This document shows, piece after piece, positions 39,172 through 48,374 of a stretch of DNA of 64,000 nt. The notes below the pieces were generated by a model. The model was not told the DNA's origin. It saw nothing but the letters and a program-made list of their open reading frames with translations, and did no database searches. The stretch is taken from positions 32,001-96,000 of IMG/VR virus record IMGVR_UViG_3300021957_003133; one strand, given 5' to 3'. This stretch comes from a virus. Position 1 is the stretch's first letter. Each line of letters begins with the position of its first letter. A program made the translations under genes and the position numbers.

Positions 39172-39996
39172 CTATACCGCCATAGGGGCTTTTATTGAAT
39201 CCATTGGATTGTAGTTGTCTAATTTAAAGTCGGTCATAGTAAATTCGTTAATATTTTTAATCTTAGTATTCATAATTAATGTCGGAGCAGGTAATGGTTC
39301 ACGTTGGAGTTGTTCTTTTACCTGCCCTAAATGGTTCAAATATATGTGAGCGTCTCCTAACACGTGAACGAGCTCGCCTACCCGAAGGTCACACACCTGT
39401 GCAATCATGTGTGTGAATAAGGCATAAGATGCTATGTTAAAAGGTACTCCTAAAAACATATCACAGGATCGCTGATATATTTGACACGACAACTTTTGAT
39501 CACTGCTAACATAAAATTGTGCAAAGCAATGACATGGCGGCAAAGCCATTTGATCTAATTCGCCTGGATTCCACGCAGTTAAGATATGTCTGCGGCTTTC
39601 AGGATTTGTTTTTATTGATTCTATTAGTTCTTGTAGTTGATCTATAACCAAACGATCAGTTTCCCACTCTCTCCATTGCTTGCCATACACAGGACCTAGG
39701 TCATTGCTACCAAAGTCTTTGGCATTAGCTGTCCATATAGTTTTCTTTTCTTCGTCTCTTGTACCATGTAGTATTTCTGCTAGTCTACGTTCGTCTGTTG
39801 ATCCTTCTATAAACCATAACAGTTCACTTAAACAACTTTTGAATGCTAATTTTTTTGTAGTTACTGCTGGGAATGATTTAGATAGATCATAGCGTTGTTG
39901 CATGCCAAATACTGACAATGTACCCACACCCGTTCTATCAGTACGAGTTTCACCGTTGTCTAAGATATGTTGTAAAGAATCGAGGTAGGTTTTCAT
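39172..39996 (-). CDS. thyA: Thymidylate synthase
   Basis: DRTGVGT, ELLWF, LGPVYG, SRR, ALPPCH, QRSCDMFLGVPFN, DAHIY, C-terminal APMAV. Confidence 0.97.
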   Translation of the reverse strand: MKTYLDSLQHILDNGETRTDRTGVGTLSVFGMQQRYDLSKSFPAVTTKKLAFKSCLSELLWFIEGSTDERRLAEILHGTRDEEKKTIWTANAKDFGSNDLGPVYGKQWREWETDRLVIDQLQELIESIKTNPESRRHILTAWNPGELDQMALPPCHCFAQFYVSSDQKLSCQIYQRSCDMFLGVPFNIASYALFTHMIAQVCDLRVGELVHVLGDAHIYLNHLGQVKEQLQREPLPAPTLIMNTKIKNINEFTMTDFKLDNYNPMDSIKAPMAV

Positions 39997-40002
39997 AGTA
40001 TT

Positions 40003-40031
40003 AGTATACTAAAGATCTGTCATCCTGTCAA
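40003..40031 (-). promoter_or_regulatory. Sigma70-type promoter for thyA, leaderless
   Basis: TTGACA-17 nt-TATACT-6 nt-ATG. Confidence 0.7.
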
Positions 40032-40519
40032 TTAAAAGATATTCGATTCCATGTTTCGTAGGTACAGTTATGTCCAGGACGTACTGAATAAAGTCTAAAA
40101 TCTAATAGATATTGCTCTAGATCAATCCGTGTATCACTGAACCAAGCACCTTTTATTCTAGTCAAGTAAACACGCTCAACTATGTTTTGTGTAGCTTCGT
40201 ATATTGATTTACCGCCAATAACAAATACTTTCTTGTCTGGAAATCTTTCTTTTATCTCTGTTACTTCTTGACTGATGTCACCATTGATAGTACGTGCCTG
40301 TATAACATTAAGTTTACGATTAGTAACTACAAAATTAGCCCTATTAGGTAATGGATTCGGCATCATTGGGTCGTCCCAAGTGTTACGACCCATGACTACA
40401 ATTTGATTTTCTGTGTGTTTTTTAAACTGATATAAATCTTCGCTGTTCTTAGGCCACGGCAGTGTTCCGTTATTACCAATACCGCCTTGACTCGTTGATG
40501 CTAATATACTACAGATCAT
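40028..40519 (-). CDS. folA: Dihydrofolate reductase
   Basis: GIGNNGTLPW, VVMGRNTW, PLPNR, VIGGKSIY; adjacent to thyA. Confidence 0.93.
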   Translation of the reverse strand: MICSILASTSQGGIGNNGTLPWPKNSEDLYQFKKHTENQIVVMGRNTWDDPMMPNPLPNRANFVVTNRKLNVIQARTINGDISQEVTEIKERFPDKKVFVIGGKSIYEATQNIVERVYLTRIKGAWFSDTRIDLEQYLLDFRLYSVRPGHNCTYETWNRISFN

Positions 40520-40869
40520 AATCCTTTAAGTGCCTTGTCTGTAGCAGGTTGTACTTCATGTTGTACCTTGTCGATATCAACAAAAAAGTCAACATTCTTA
40601 ATGTAAATATCAAGTTCGTTGAACTTTTCGTCGAGCATTGACTCGATATCATCTGGATCTTGCCCATCAGATATCAAATCTTTAACATTAATAGTAATTT
40701 GAGTTCCATCAACCAATGATACCAATATTTTTTGTAGTATACTTATTGGTACTTCTTTCTTGTCAACTCCGTTAACTATGTCCTGCCAGCTCTTTCTTTT
40801 ATTGATATTGAGCTTTTTAGCTTTACTGCGTTTACGCGGTTGCTTTGGTTTTTTTGGATTTTCCGACAT
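40516..40869 (-). CDS. Hypothetical protein with basic N-terminus
   Basis: 117-aa coupled ORF. Confidence 0.7.
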   Translation of the reverse strand: MSENPKKPKQPRKRSKAKKLNINKRKSWQDIVNGVDKKEVPISILQKILVSLVDGTQITINVKDLISDGQDPDDIESMLDEKFNELDIYIKNVDFFVDIDKVQHEVQPATDKALKGL

Positions 40870-41521
40870 TTTTAGCCTTTTTTGCTTTTGGTTTTAAAGA
40901 TTTCGCCTCACTTTTTAAACGTGTTGCTTCTGCTAACAATGTCTTAGCCTGAGCCTCCATCTGTTTAGCTTGTGATAGGCTCATTTCAGCTAAGTCAGAA
41001 TCTGATAATGCTTTATCTCGACCAGCAGGTTGATTACCACCAACACTACTATTTACCGGCGGAGGAGTTTGTCTATACGCTTCACCCACCTCACGACCTT
41101 GATTTTTATCTGGGTCTGCCATTCCACGACCTGCATCAATCTCAGCCATCTTTTTAATAGCTTCATCACCACCTGCCATCTGATCTAAGATTTTATTTAA
41201 TTCGTCTAAACGAACGCTAGATTTAGCATTAGGTGTTAATATAACTTGTTTAGTCTGTACTTTTTTAAAAAATCCACCACCGTGTATTGATCCAAGAAGA
41301 TTTTGACCATCTGGCATAATATGTCTAAATAAGGCATCAGCTAGTTGTTGTGCTTGCTGTCCTTCTTGACCTTCTACAACTTTCATTACTTCGTCATGTA
41401 TCATTGAAGGTAGCATGTCGCTATACATAACCAACGCCATGTGATCTTCTCCTGGTACTTTATTATATGCCACGATAACTTTTTTCTCTCCGTGTCTTCC
41501 AATATGTTTTAATATAGCCAT
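40832..41521 (-). CDS. Hypothetical phage protein
   Basis: 229-aa ORF with coiled-coil and Lys-rich C-terminus. Confidence 0.75.
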   Translation of the reverse strand: MAILKHIGRHGEKKVIVAYNKVPGEDHMALVMYSDMLPSMIHDEVMKVVEGQEGQQAQQLADALFRHIMPDGQNLLGSIHGGGFFKKVQTKQVILTPNAKSSVRLDELNKILDQMAGGDEAIKKMAEIDAGRGMADPDKNQGREVGEAYRQTPPPVNSSVGGNQPAGRDKALSDSDLAEMSLSQAKQMEAQAKTLLAEATRLKSEAKSLKPKAKKAKNVGKSKKTKATA

Positions 41522-41823
41522 TACTTTTTCTCCGTAGTTTTTGCTTGTTCGGGTGCTGTTTGATTTGGTGTTATAGCACCAACACTTGTTAAAAATTTAA
41601 TTAATTTATTATATAATTCACCAACCTGTGCCAGCTCGTCTGCTTGGAATGCACCTCTTTGTGACGTTAAGTTTATTATCTGAGCAACTGTAACTAAGTC
41701 TGTTAGTGTTAGTCCTATTGCATTTTCTGGTGTTACATTCTGTTGAGTAGTACTTGGTTTAGCCTTAGGCTTACTTTTTGTAGTAACCTTTGCTTTTGAT
41801 TTTACTTCTTTCTTTGTAGCCAT
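41521..41823 (-). CDS. Hypothetical protein
   Basis: AGGAG RBS; SQRGAFQADEL motif. Confidence 0.75.
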   Translation of the reverse strand: MATKKEVKSKAKVTTKSKPKAKPSTTQQNVTPENAIGLTLTDLVTVAQIINLTSQRGAFQADELAQVGELYNKLIKFLTSVGAITPNQTAPEQAKTTEKK

Positions 41824-41886
41824 TGTTATAATTCTCCTTAAGGAACAATTATATTTAACAGCATAGCGATGGATGGAAAAATTTTC

Positions 41887-42177
41887 TTATGACGGTAAAT
41901 TTTTATCTAGTGAAGGAAGTACAAGACTAAAGTAAGTAGCTTCGCCATGCAACTCAAAGCCTACTATTTGCTTTCGATCAACTTTACCAGAGTCTGCAAC
42001 TACATCAATGTTTCCTACATAAAAACGCCCTCGGAGATTCTCGTAAAGCCAATCTGATATTTGCTTATTTGTTACTCCAGATAAGTTAATTATAACTTGT
42101 TCGAAGTGTGGAGGTAGGTGGGCTAATTCTCTAAGCTGATGTACATTGAGTGGATTTGGAGTACCATCTTTAAGCAC
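41887..42177 (-). CDS. Hypothetical protein
   Basis: 96-aa ORF overlapping the upstream gene. Confidence 0.65.
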   Translation of the reverse strand: MLKDGTPNPLNVHQLRELAHLPPHFEQVIINLSGVTNKQISDWLYENLRGRFYVGNIDVVADSGKVDRKQIVGFELHGEATYFSLVLPSLDKNLPS

Positions 42178-43462
42178 TATCTTTTCCTAAATCATAATAT
42201 GTAGTAATACCAAACGGTGCTTCGATTGTAGTTGATCCGTGTATCACAAACAGTGTATCACAGTAGTTAGGATCTCCCCATGAATCCCATGGATAACCAT
42301 CTGTAAACATCACAAACTTTTTAGGTTCGAGACCTTCGGATTTCATGTATTCCCAATTACTGTCAAAGTCAGTACCACCACCACCGATACATTCATAATC
42401 TAACAGTTCGTCGATGTTATCTTCTGTGAATATTTGTGGATTATGTACGGCTGTATCGAAGCACCATATATGTAAATTAAAACTACCAAATGCCTCCATG
42501 ATGCCTTTAACTTCGCTTTTAATGTTATGCAGTGTTTCATCACTCATCGAACCAGATGTATCAATTGAAAGTGCGATGTCAATCTTTTGTTCTAAATCGT
42601 TGCCCGGCAGTATAGCATCCATGTGCCATCCTCTACGACTAGGACGGGCAAATGTATAGTCTGCTTTGATAGTACTTAATAACTGCTGTTGTAGCAACTC
42701 GTTCCAATTTAATTGTGGTGCAGTTAAATCTTTAATCATTTTCCTTACACCACTAGGTAGATTATCAGCACCCGAGCTTTGTGCGGCTGTCATCACAGCT
42801 TCTTTCATTTCGTCTCTGATCTCTTTTCTCTCAGCCGCTGATATTTTCGGCTTAGCACTGCTTTTATCTTTGCCATCTCCATCCCCGTCTTTACCTTTAC
42901 CGGAATCACCTTCGCCATTTTCTTCTCCATCCAAATGTTCATCTATTAATTGATCTAATAGATCATCTACATTAATTTTCTCAGCATTTTCGTATAAGTC
43001 ATCATACACTTCCTCAGCACTCATATTACGATACTTTGTATCAAACAAACCAATTGGAATCTTTTCACCAATACGTTGATCTACTAGGTCTTGATTTACA
43101 CAATAGTCGTCAGCTATGTTCCATAACCTAGGATCTCTGTCTCCACGTCTTCCCATATGATCATAGACGCAGTGTAACACTTCGTGACCAATAAGAAACT
43201 CTAATTGTTTACTTGGTAATGTTTTAATAAATTCTGAATTGTAGTAAAACTTACGACCGTCTGTTGCGGCTGTTCCACACCATGCATCAGCGTTAACGAT
43301 TTCTAAACGTGTAGCTAGATTACCAAAGAAAGGTGCTTTTAGTAATAGTGCGATACGAGCACCAATGATTTTCTCACGTGCATCAGCATCAGTTTTTGGA
43401 TTTGTTTTACAACCTACGAAGTTTTTAAATTCTTCTTTGTTTGCTGTGGTGTCTTTACTCAT
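42170..43462 (-). CDS. DUF2201-type metallopeptidase-like/VWA domain protein
   Basis: TAATDG, HEVLH (HExxH), DTSGS MIDAS, GGGTDF, FTDG. Confidence 0.85.
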   Translation of the reverse strand: MSKDTTANKEEFKNFVGCKTNPKTDADAREKIIGARIALLLKAPFFGNLATRLEIVNADAWCGTAATDGRKFYYNSEFIKTLPSKQLEFLIGHEVLHCVYDHMGRRGDRDPRLWNIADDYCVNQDLVDQRIGEKIPIGLFDTKYRNMSAEEVYDDLYENAEKINVDDLLDQLIDEHLDGEENGEGDSGKGKDGDGDGKDKSSAKPKISAAERKEIRDEMKEAVMTAAQSSGADNLPSGVRKMIKDLTAPQLNWNELLQQQLLSTIKADYTFARPSRRGWHMDAILPGNDLEQKIDIALSIDTSGSMSDETLHNIKSEVKGIMEAFGSFNLHIWCFDTAVHNPQIFTEDNIDELLDYECIGGGGTDFDSNWEYMKSEGLEPKKFVMFTDGYPWDSWGDPNYCDTLFVIHGSTTIEAPFGITTYYDLGKDSA

Positions 43463-43492
43463 TGTCGGCTCATTCCTTTATTGTATATATGT

Positions 43493-43521
43493 ATTATACT
43501 GTCAATCTAACCAAAAGTCAA
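43493..43521 (-). promoter_or_regulatory. Sigma70-type promoter
   Basis: TTGACT-17 nt-TATAAT. Confidence 0.75.
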
Positions 43522-43524
43522 CTA

Positions 43525-43595
43525 AAAAGGAGGAAGGATGCTCTAGGTCCAGCTTGTAAGTTAGGAGCAGTTGGACCGATTGAAACACCCTTCCT
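43525..43595 (-). other. Extended stem-loop in the AAA gene 3' region, followed by a U-tract (terminator or structured RNA)
   Basis: Outer stem AGGAAGG/CCTTCCT, inner stem GGTCCAACT/AGCTGGACC, then CCTTTTT on the minus strand. Confidence 0.6.
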
Positions 43596-43600
43596 GTGAA

Positions 43601-44692
43601 CTATGCTACTGCTTGAACGATATACTTACCAAAGCGTTTATGAAACTCATCAAATGATTTTACTTTGTTTGGAATAAATGGCAAGTTGTAAACAGTTAGA
43701 GCTACTCTCACTCCCATAACAGTAAGCTCTGTTGTAAAGTTGTCCATCATAAATCTAAAGAAATTATCTACCATGGTATGCCATACTTCATCTTTCTTAT
43801 CGGTTTTCTTATTATAGGCCTTGAGCTCATAGCACATCGACACAGTCAGAGAATACATAGCTGATACTTCTTTTACTTCTAAAGTCTTTACTTTTCCCTC
43901 TAAGATCTCAGTGGGATTAGGCATCTTACCTGCAATCTTTCTATGAGCCATAAACTTAATAGCAGTACCATCTCCAACAGTACCACTTACTAGATCAGTT
44001 TCGACATCAGTAGGAAGATCGTCCCCTAATAGATCACTAACAAATGTCCATGAACGAGGCGTAGCAAAAGCACGTGAGCTTGATTTAGGATCAAAGTCAA
44101 ATAAATCTTGTTTAGCAAACGACACGTACCCTACAACATCTTTATGTATGCCATTACTAACTGCCCACTTCTGCCACGACTCAAAATCTACTCTCATTTC
44201 TAAATGCACAAAACGATTACTTAGTGGTGCTGGCATTTTATAAGTAACACCTTTATCACCTTCTCTGTTACCAGCGGCAACAATAACAACGTTATCTGGA
44301 AGTTCGTACTTACCAATACGTCTGTTTAACACTAGCTGATAAGCCGCGGCCTGTACACTAGGAGCCGCTGAGTTCATCTCATCAAAGAATAATACTACGA
44401 TAGGATATTTTGCGGCTAACTCTTTGCTTGGAAGATCAATTGGAGGTGCCCAATCCATTAGACCGTTGTCTTTGTTATAAAATGGAATACCTCTGATATC
44501 TGTTGGATCCATCTGACCTAAACGTAGATCAATCATATGACCTTTCATTTCGTCAGTAATACTTTGCACTAATTCTGATTTACCTATACCTGGAGGCCCC
44601 CAAAGAAAGATTGGACGCTTACGATCAAAACATCTACTTATTGCTACTTGTGCTTCTTCACTTGTGACTGTTCTATTCTCTGTTGCTGACAT
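43601..44692 (-). CDS. MoxR-like AAA+ ATPase
   Basis: GPPGIGKS, FFDEMN, AAGN, NRF, TPRSW; paired with the VWA gene. Confidence 0.88.
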   Translation of the reverse strand: MSATENRTVTSEEAQVAISRCFDRKRPIFLWGPPGIGKSELVQSITDEMKGHMIDLRLGQMDPTDIRGIPFYNKDNGLMDWAPPIDLPSKELAAKYPIVVLFFDEMNSAAPSVQAAAYQLVLNRRIGKYELPDNVVIVAAGNREGDKGVTYKMPAPLSNRFVHLEMRVDFESWQKWAVSNGIHKDVVGYVSFAKQDLFDFDPKSSSRAFATPRSWTFVSDLLGDDLPTDVETDLVSGTVGDGTAIKFMAHRKIAGKMPNPTEILEGKVKTLEVKEVSAMYSLTVSMCYELKAYNKKTDKKDEVWHTMVDNFFRFMMDNFTTELTVMGVRVALTVYNLPFIPNKVKSFDEFHKRFGKYIVQAVA

Positions 44693-44737
44693 ATTTTGCT
44701 CCTAACTAAATTTGTCTAAATTTTAACTTACAAAAAC

Positions 44738-44766
44738 AGTATAGCACCAAATTGACTATTTGTCAA
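44738..44766 (-). promoter_or_regulatory. Sigma70-type promoter
   Basis: TTGACA-17 nt-TATACT with extended -10 TG. Confidence 0.75.
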
Positions 44767-44773
44767 TCACTCT

Positions 44774-44950
44774 TTAATGTAACCCGATCGGTGCATCATA
44801 CACCACAGTCAATCCTTGATCTGACTTTCTCCTCATATATTCAGCCATCATTATTACGCCATTGACAATATGTTCGACTTCTTCCTGGGTTTCTATTGGT
44901 TCTCGATCTCCCCAAATAGCTTTTACGATACGTTCTTGTTCTTCAGTCAT
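44774..44950 (-). CDS. Hypothetical protein (58 aa)
   Basis: Likely start MTEEQERIV after GAGGA. Confidence 0.6.
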   Translation of the reverse strand: MTEEQERIVKAIWGDREPIETQEEVEHIVNGVIMMAEYMRRKSDQGLTVVYDAPIGLH

Positions 44951-44951
44951 A

Positions 44952-45200
44952 TTAATCCTCTTTTTCAAATAATTCAAACTGTTCAGGTAAACTATATACT
45001 TTTACCATCTCAACCAATGGATCGTTAAAGTCTGTTTCAATTAATTCTGGGTCGTCATAGTAGTCATAAAAGTCACCAGTGTCACTGTCCTCAATATCAC
45101 CACTGTTAACTTTTTCCCAAGCTTCTTTCTCAGAGTCTGCCTTGACATATTCGTATTCAGTATAAATTACTCTACGTTCAAATGTATAATTATTAGCCAT
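44952..45200 (-). CDS. Acidic hypothetical protein (82 aa)
   Basis: Likely start MANNYTFERR; VKADSEKEAWEKV. Confidence 0.6.
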   Translation of the reverse strand: MANNYTFERRVIYTEYEYVKADSEKEAWEKVNSGDIEDSDTGDFYDYYDDPELIETDFNDPLVEMVKVYSLPEQFELFEKED

Positions 45201-45346
45201 TAAAAAATAATAATTCCTTTTAAACTTAAATATACTGCGGACAAATACCATAATAACACAGTTCCAGATCCTACGAATACTATTATAAATCCCAAACTAC
45301 ATTGAGTATCTAAGGCGTCTTCTTTATCTTGTTTACAGTCTCTCAT
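45200..45346 (-). CDS. 48-aa membrane protein (not in the ORF track)
   Basis: MRDCKQDKEDALDTQCSLGFIIVFVGSGTVLLWYLSAVYLSLKGIIIF; overlaps both neighbours. Confidence 0.5.
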   Translation of the reverse strand: MRDCKQDKEDALDTQCSLGFIIVFVGSGTVLLWYLSAVYLSLKGIIIF

Positions 45347-45612
45347 TTTTTAAACAATCTGGTAACCAGATCGATAGCCTCTTGTTTAGTTGTAGTTTCT
45401 GAAGAATTAAGTTCATCTAGTTCCTTTAATAGTTTTTTTCTTTCTTCACTGCTTAACTCCTTCAACCTTGGCAGTATCACCTGATCATAGAATTCGCGTC
45501 GTTCATTTTCTTTTTTAAGTGTTGTATGTTTTTCAGTTCCAATAAGATCCCAAACGACAAAAGCCAAAATACATAAACCAAGCCACTCGTACCAAGTAAA
45601 GTTAAATTCCAT
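45343..45612 (-). CDS. Membrane-anchored hypothetical protein
   Basis: N-terminal TM segment WLGLCILAFVVW. Confidence 0.65.
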   Translation of the reverse strand: MEFNFTWYEWLGLCILAFVVWDLIGTEKHTTLKKENERREFYDQVILPRLKELSSEERKKLLKELDELNSSETTTKQEAIDLVTRLFKK

Positions 45613-46046
45613 TATGATATCACCTTGCCAGTGAAAACATCAACAACTTCTTCATCACCAAACTCAGCACGCATTTCCATTTGCTCTTCTTCTGAGTAAC
45701 CATGTTTCTCACGCATAGCTTGATAACGTCCAAGAAACTCTTGAGTTTCAATTGAGTTTTGTTTAGTTGAACGCTCAAACATTTCCCAAGTAATTGTACC
45801 GTCAACCACAGCCATTTCTAAGATGTCTGTTGGAGGAATGTTATTTGATGATATCCAACGAACTTCACCTTGTTTACCAAGTTTCCATTCCTTGTTACCT
45901 AACACAGCAACACCGTCACGGTGCCATTCACCTTCTGTTACAGAACCACCTCTGATTGCTTCGCCTTTGTAGTTTAATTTTAGTGCAGTAGAGTTGTATT
46001 TTTCTTGTAGTATTTCTAGTGTTGGATTTTCAGTTGTGTGTGTCAT
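45612..46046 (-). CDS. Hypothetical early protein
   Basis: Strong TAGGAG RBS and its own promoter; EMRAEFG...VVDVFTG C-terminus. Confidence 0.75.
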   Translation of the reverse strand: MTHTTENPTLEILQEKYNSTALKLNYKGEAIRGGSVTEGEWHRDGVAVLGNKEWKLGKQGEVRWISSNNIPPTDILEMAVVDGTITWEMFERSTKQNSIETQEFLGRYQAMREKHGYSEEEQMEMRAEFGDEEVVDVFTGKVIS

Positions 46047-46097
46047 TTTGTCTGCTCCTAAGTAATAAAAAATGTCTTTTCCTTATTTCTTACTTAC

Positions 46098-46126
46098 AGT
46101 ATATGACAAATTTAACCAAAAGTCAA
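46098..46126 (-). promoter_or_regulatory. Sigma70-type promoter
   Basis: TTGACT-17 nt-TATACT; shares GTTGACTTTTGGTTA with the 43.5-kb promoter. Confidence 0.75.
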
Positions 46127-46233
46127 CCAAAATATTGATTTATTTTAAAAGAATAAGTACCAAGCTAGGACAAGGACAGCTATTTGTGCAGATATTAGTA
46201 ATACACCAAAAATCCAATGTAAGAATTTCTCCA

Positions 46234-46482
46234 TTAGCCGAACAGATGTCTTGCAACACCGAAGCCGTATATGACAGTCATTAAGATATTAATAGTTATG
46301 AGACTCCATTCTTTCCATTTCCAGGCTACCCAAGTCCACCCAAAACCAGCAAGCCAACCAAACCATACGTTTAACGGATATATATCCATAGCACTCATAG
46401 CGGCACATCCTACTGCTAGTGCAGTAGATATCCATTTGGTCCACCATATCAGTCTTTCTTCGTAGTCTATAATTTCATTCAT
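46234..46482 (-). CDS. Small three-TM membrane protein
   Basis: KWISTAL...IYPLNVW...GWTWVAWKWKEWSLITIN. Confidence 0.7.
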   Translation of the reverse strand: MNEIIDYEERLIWWTKWISTALAVGCAAMSAMDIYPLNVWFGWLAGFGWTWVAWKWKEWSLITINILMTVIYGFGVARHLFG

Positions 46483-46490
46483 AGTGTTTT

Positions 46491-46519
46491 AGTATATTAT
46501 CATTTTTCCTGATTGTCAA
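46491..46519 (-). promoter_or_regulatory. Sigma70-type promoter, near-leaderless
   Basis: TTGACA-17 nt-TATACT-8 nt-ATG. Confidence 0.65.
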
Positions 46520-46895
46520 GATACTGCTGTAGGTTGTTTCCATGTAGTGCCATCATCATTGCTTCACTTTCACCAAACAATACTATAGTTTGTGCATTCA
46601 GCAAGTAGTACGGACTAGTGACAAATCTTTCAAGTTGAACAAATGTTTTAGGTCTATACTTTTCTGTTGTTTTAAATTTAAACACAGGCACTTTAGCTTG
46701 AATCAACATTCGATATGCCATTTTAGTCAATCGAAGACTGTCTGGATTTACTGGATTAAACCACCAAGTTTTCGGCTCATCCAAGCTGTTGTAGTGCAAC
46801 TTATCACGTCCTAAGGACTGAAATGGATTTAGTATATAATCTTTTTGGAATTTAGTTTGCCAAATAACCTGCAATGACTCGCTAGTTCGTGCCAT
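46500..46895 (-). CDS. Hypothetical protein
   Basis: 131-aa ORF; SLRLT and SPYYL motifs. Confidence 0.7.
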   Translation of the reverse strand: MARTSESLQVIWQTKFQKDYILNPFQSLGRDKLHYNSLDEPKTWWFNPVNPDSLRLTKMAYRMLIQAKVPVFKFKTTEKYRPKTFVQLERFVTSPYYLLNAQTIVLFGESEAMMMALHGNNLQQYLDNQEK

Positions 46896-47183
46896 TTAGG
46901 CGACCACTACAGTCCCGCTATTTAATAGCACCACAGTGAATAAGTCACATTTAAATAATGCGTTTAATTTTTTAGCTAGGTTGTGTGCATGCCCAGGATT
47001 ACTGAATGAAACTTTTTTATATTTTGGTCCAGGATACTGCACTAGGATATTCTGAGTCTTAAGATTGATAGGTTTGCCGTCATAGAAAACTGCCCAAATA
47101 CCATCTGAGCTTAAAATTTGATCACTCTTATAGGTTGTTTTGTTTACGTGTTCTAAAAGTACATTGGGTTTAGGTCTTGACAT
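46896..47183 (-). CDS. Hypothetical phage protein
   Basis: MSRPKPNVLL...KYKKVSFSNPGHAHNLAKKLN; preceded by ATAAATA at 47211-47217. Confidence 0.75.
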   Translation of the reverse strand: MSRPKPNVLLEHVNKTTYKSDQILSSDGIWAVFYDGKPINLKTQNILVQYPGPKYKKVSFSNPGHAHNLAKKLNALFKCDLFTVVLLNSGTVVVA

Positions 47184-47238
47184 TACTTACTCTCTAATAT
47201 TAACTACTATTATTTATGCCTATTATCAGAGTATTTAA

Positions 47239-47454
47239 TTAGAAATCGCCACCATCAAAATCCACATTTACTGCTTGATTATCTTCTTTTTGTATGTTGG
47301 TAAGGTCGTTGATTTTAGTAAGTAATGCAAAAAGATCACTATGTATGTTACGTGCATCCGTTGGAGTTAACACTAATTCTTTAGCGTTAGTCTGATTCAT
47401 AGCCTTAATTTTCTCGTTAAACTTCTTCAGATGCAGACTTAATTGTTGTTCCAT
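47239..47454 (-). CDS. Hypothetical protein (71 aa)
   Basis: Likely start MEQQLSLH after GGAG; ends DGGDF. Confidence 0.65.
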   Translation of the reverse strand: MEQQLSLHLKKFNEKIKAMNQTNAKELVLTPTDARNIHSDLFALLTKINDLTNIQKEDNQAVNVDFDGGDF

Positions 47455-47920
47455 GTAGGGCTCCGTTAGCAATACGCAAATTTTCTTGCATTTCTTCCAA
47501 TGACTGATATGGACCAGCATAAGCGTATCGATTTAATGTAATTAGTTTTGGGCAGTAACTTTTAACCCACCCATTGTTAAATTTAAGTATATAATATCCA
47601 GCACAGAAAAAACTTTTACTTTTTTTTCCTTTAGTAAATACTGGCAATTTTCTAGGAACGTCCCAAAGAATATTTTGTGCTTTGTAGTCACACGGAAATC
47701 CGTAGATACCATGCGATTCTTTTGGTTTGTTTTTGATCGTTGTTTCTACAACAATGTTGTATCTGTCACTGAGACGTTTTAAACTAGTAAACTGTTCCCT
47801 TTCGTCATCGTGCGTGTAAACAACACCTTTTTGGTTAGCTAATATAGTCCCTATTTTATTGCCGTTATCTTCAACTACCCAACATTTATTTTTAACTATT
47901 GCTTTTGCTAGTAAGCTCAT
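47417..47920 (-). CDS. Hypothetical phage protein
   Basis: Likely start MSLLAK after GGAGG; SKSFFCAGYY...CPKLITL. Confidence 0.7.
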   Translation of the reverse strand: MSLLAKAIVKNKCWVVEDNGNKIGTILANQKGVVYTHDDEREQFTSLKRLSDRYNIVVETTIKNKPKESHGIYGFPCDYKAQNILWDVPRKLPVFTKGKKSKSFFCAGYYILKFNNGWVKSYCPKLITLNRYAYAGPYQSLEEMQENLRIANGALHGTTIKSASEEV

Positions 47921-47921
47921 C

Positions 47922-48374
47922 TTACCCTCCTTGATATATCGCTGAGTTAGCACCATGCTCTGCACACTCTACTGAATGTACCCAGCAACGATCGTTTGTT
48001 TGTTCTCTAATTAATTTGTCTGCAAACACAAATGCGTGTTCTGCAAACTTCTCTGCACCAACTCCGTCCATTACTACAATCTCTGCTAGGTCAAACAGTT
48101 CAAGTTCTTTAAATTTTTCTAAGAAAGGGTCATTCTTATCAATCGCTGTCTTATGATCAAAGTGATCTTCTAACCATTTCTTAACCTGTTTAAGTCCACC
48201 AAAGTCTACTGCCCAGTTTTTATTATCTAGTTCACTACAAGCAAACGTAAATTTAAATTGTAAACTGTAGCCATGTAATAAATGACAGTGTGAATGATCA
48301 GCATTAGGTTGCCTAAAGCAGGCTGATAAACCAATGTTGTGTCCGTACGTTTTAGTTGAATAATATGTTGCCAT
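47922..48374 (-). CDS. queD: 6-carboxy-5,6,7,8-tetrahydropterin synthase
   Basis: CHLLHGY, VDFGGLK, FDH, E at the T-fold, EHGANSA; co-occurs with folE and queE. Confidence 0.85.
   Translation of the reverse strand: MATYYSTKTYGHNIGLSACFRQPNADHSHCHLLHGYSLQFKFTFACSELDNKNWAVDFGGLKQVKKWLEDHFDHKTAIDKNDPFLEKFKELELFDLAEIVVMDGVGAEKFAEHAFVFADKLIREQTNDRCWVHSVECAEHGANSAIYQGG

Noticed and set aside
39172-39996. thyA as a dCMP/dUMP hydroxymethylase for pyrimidine hypermodification
   Set aside because: Canonical ThyA motifs, including the dUMP-specifying Asn (VPFN), and linkage to DHFR fit ordinary dTMP synthesis.
43525-43595. Possible tRNA
   Set aside because: Single extended hairpin; no cloverleaf, T-loop consensus or CCA. 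No tRNA or rRNA was recognised anywhere in the window.
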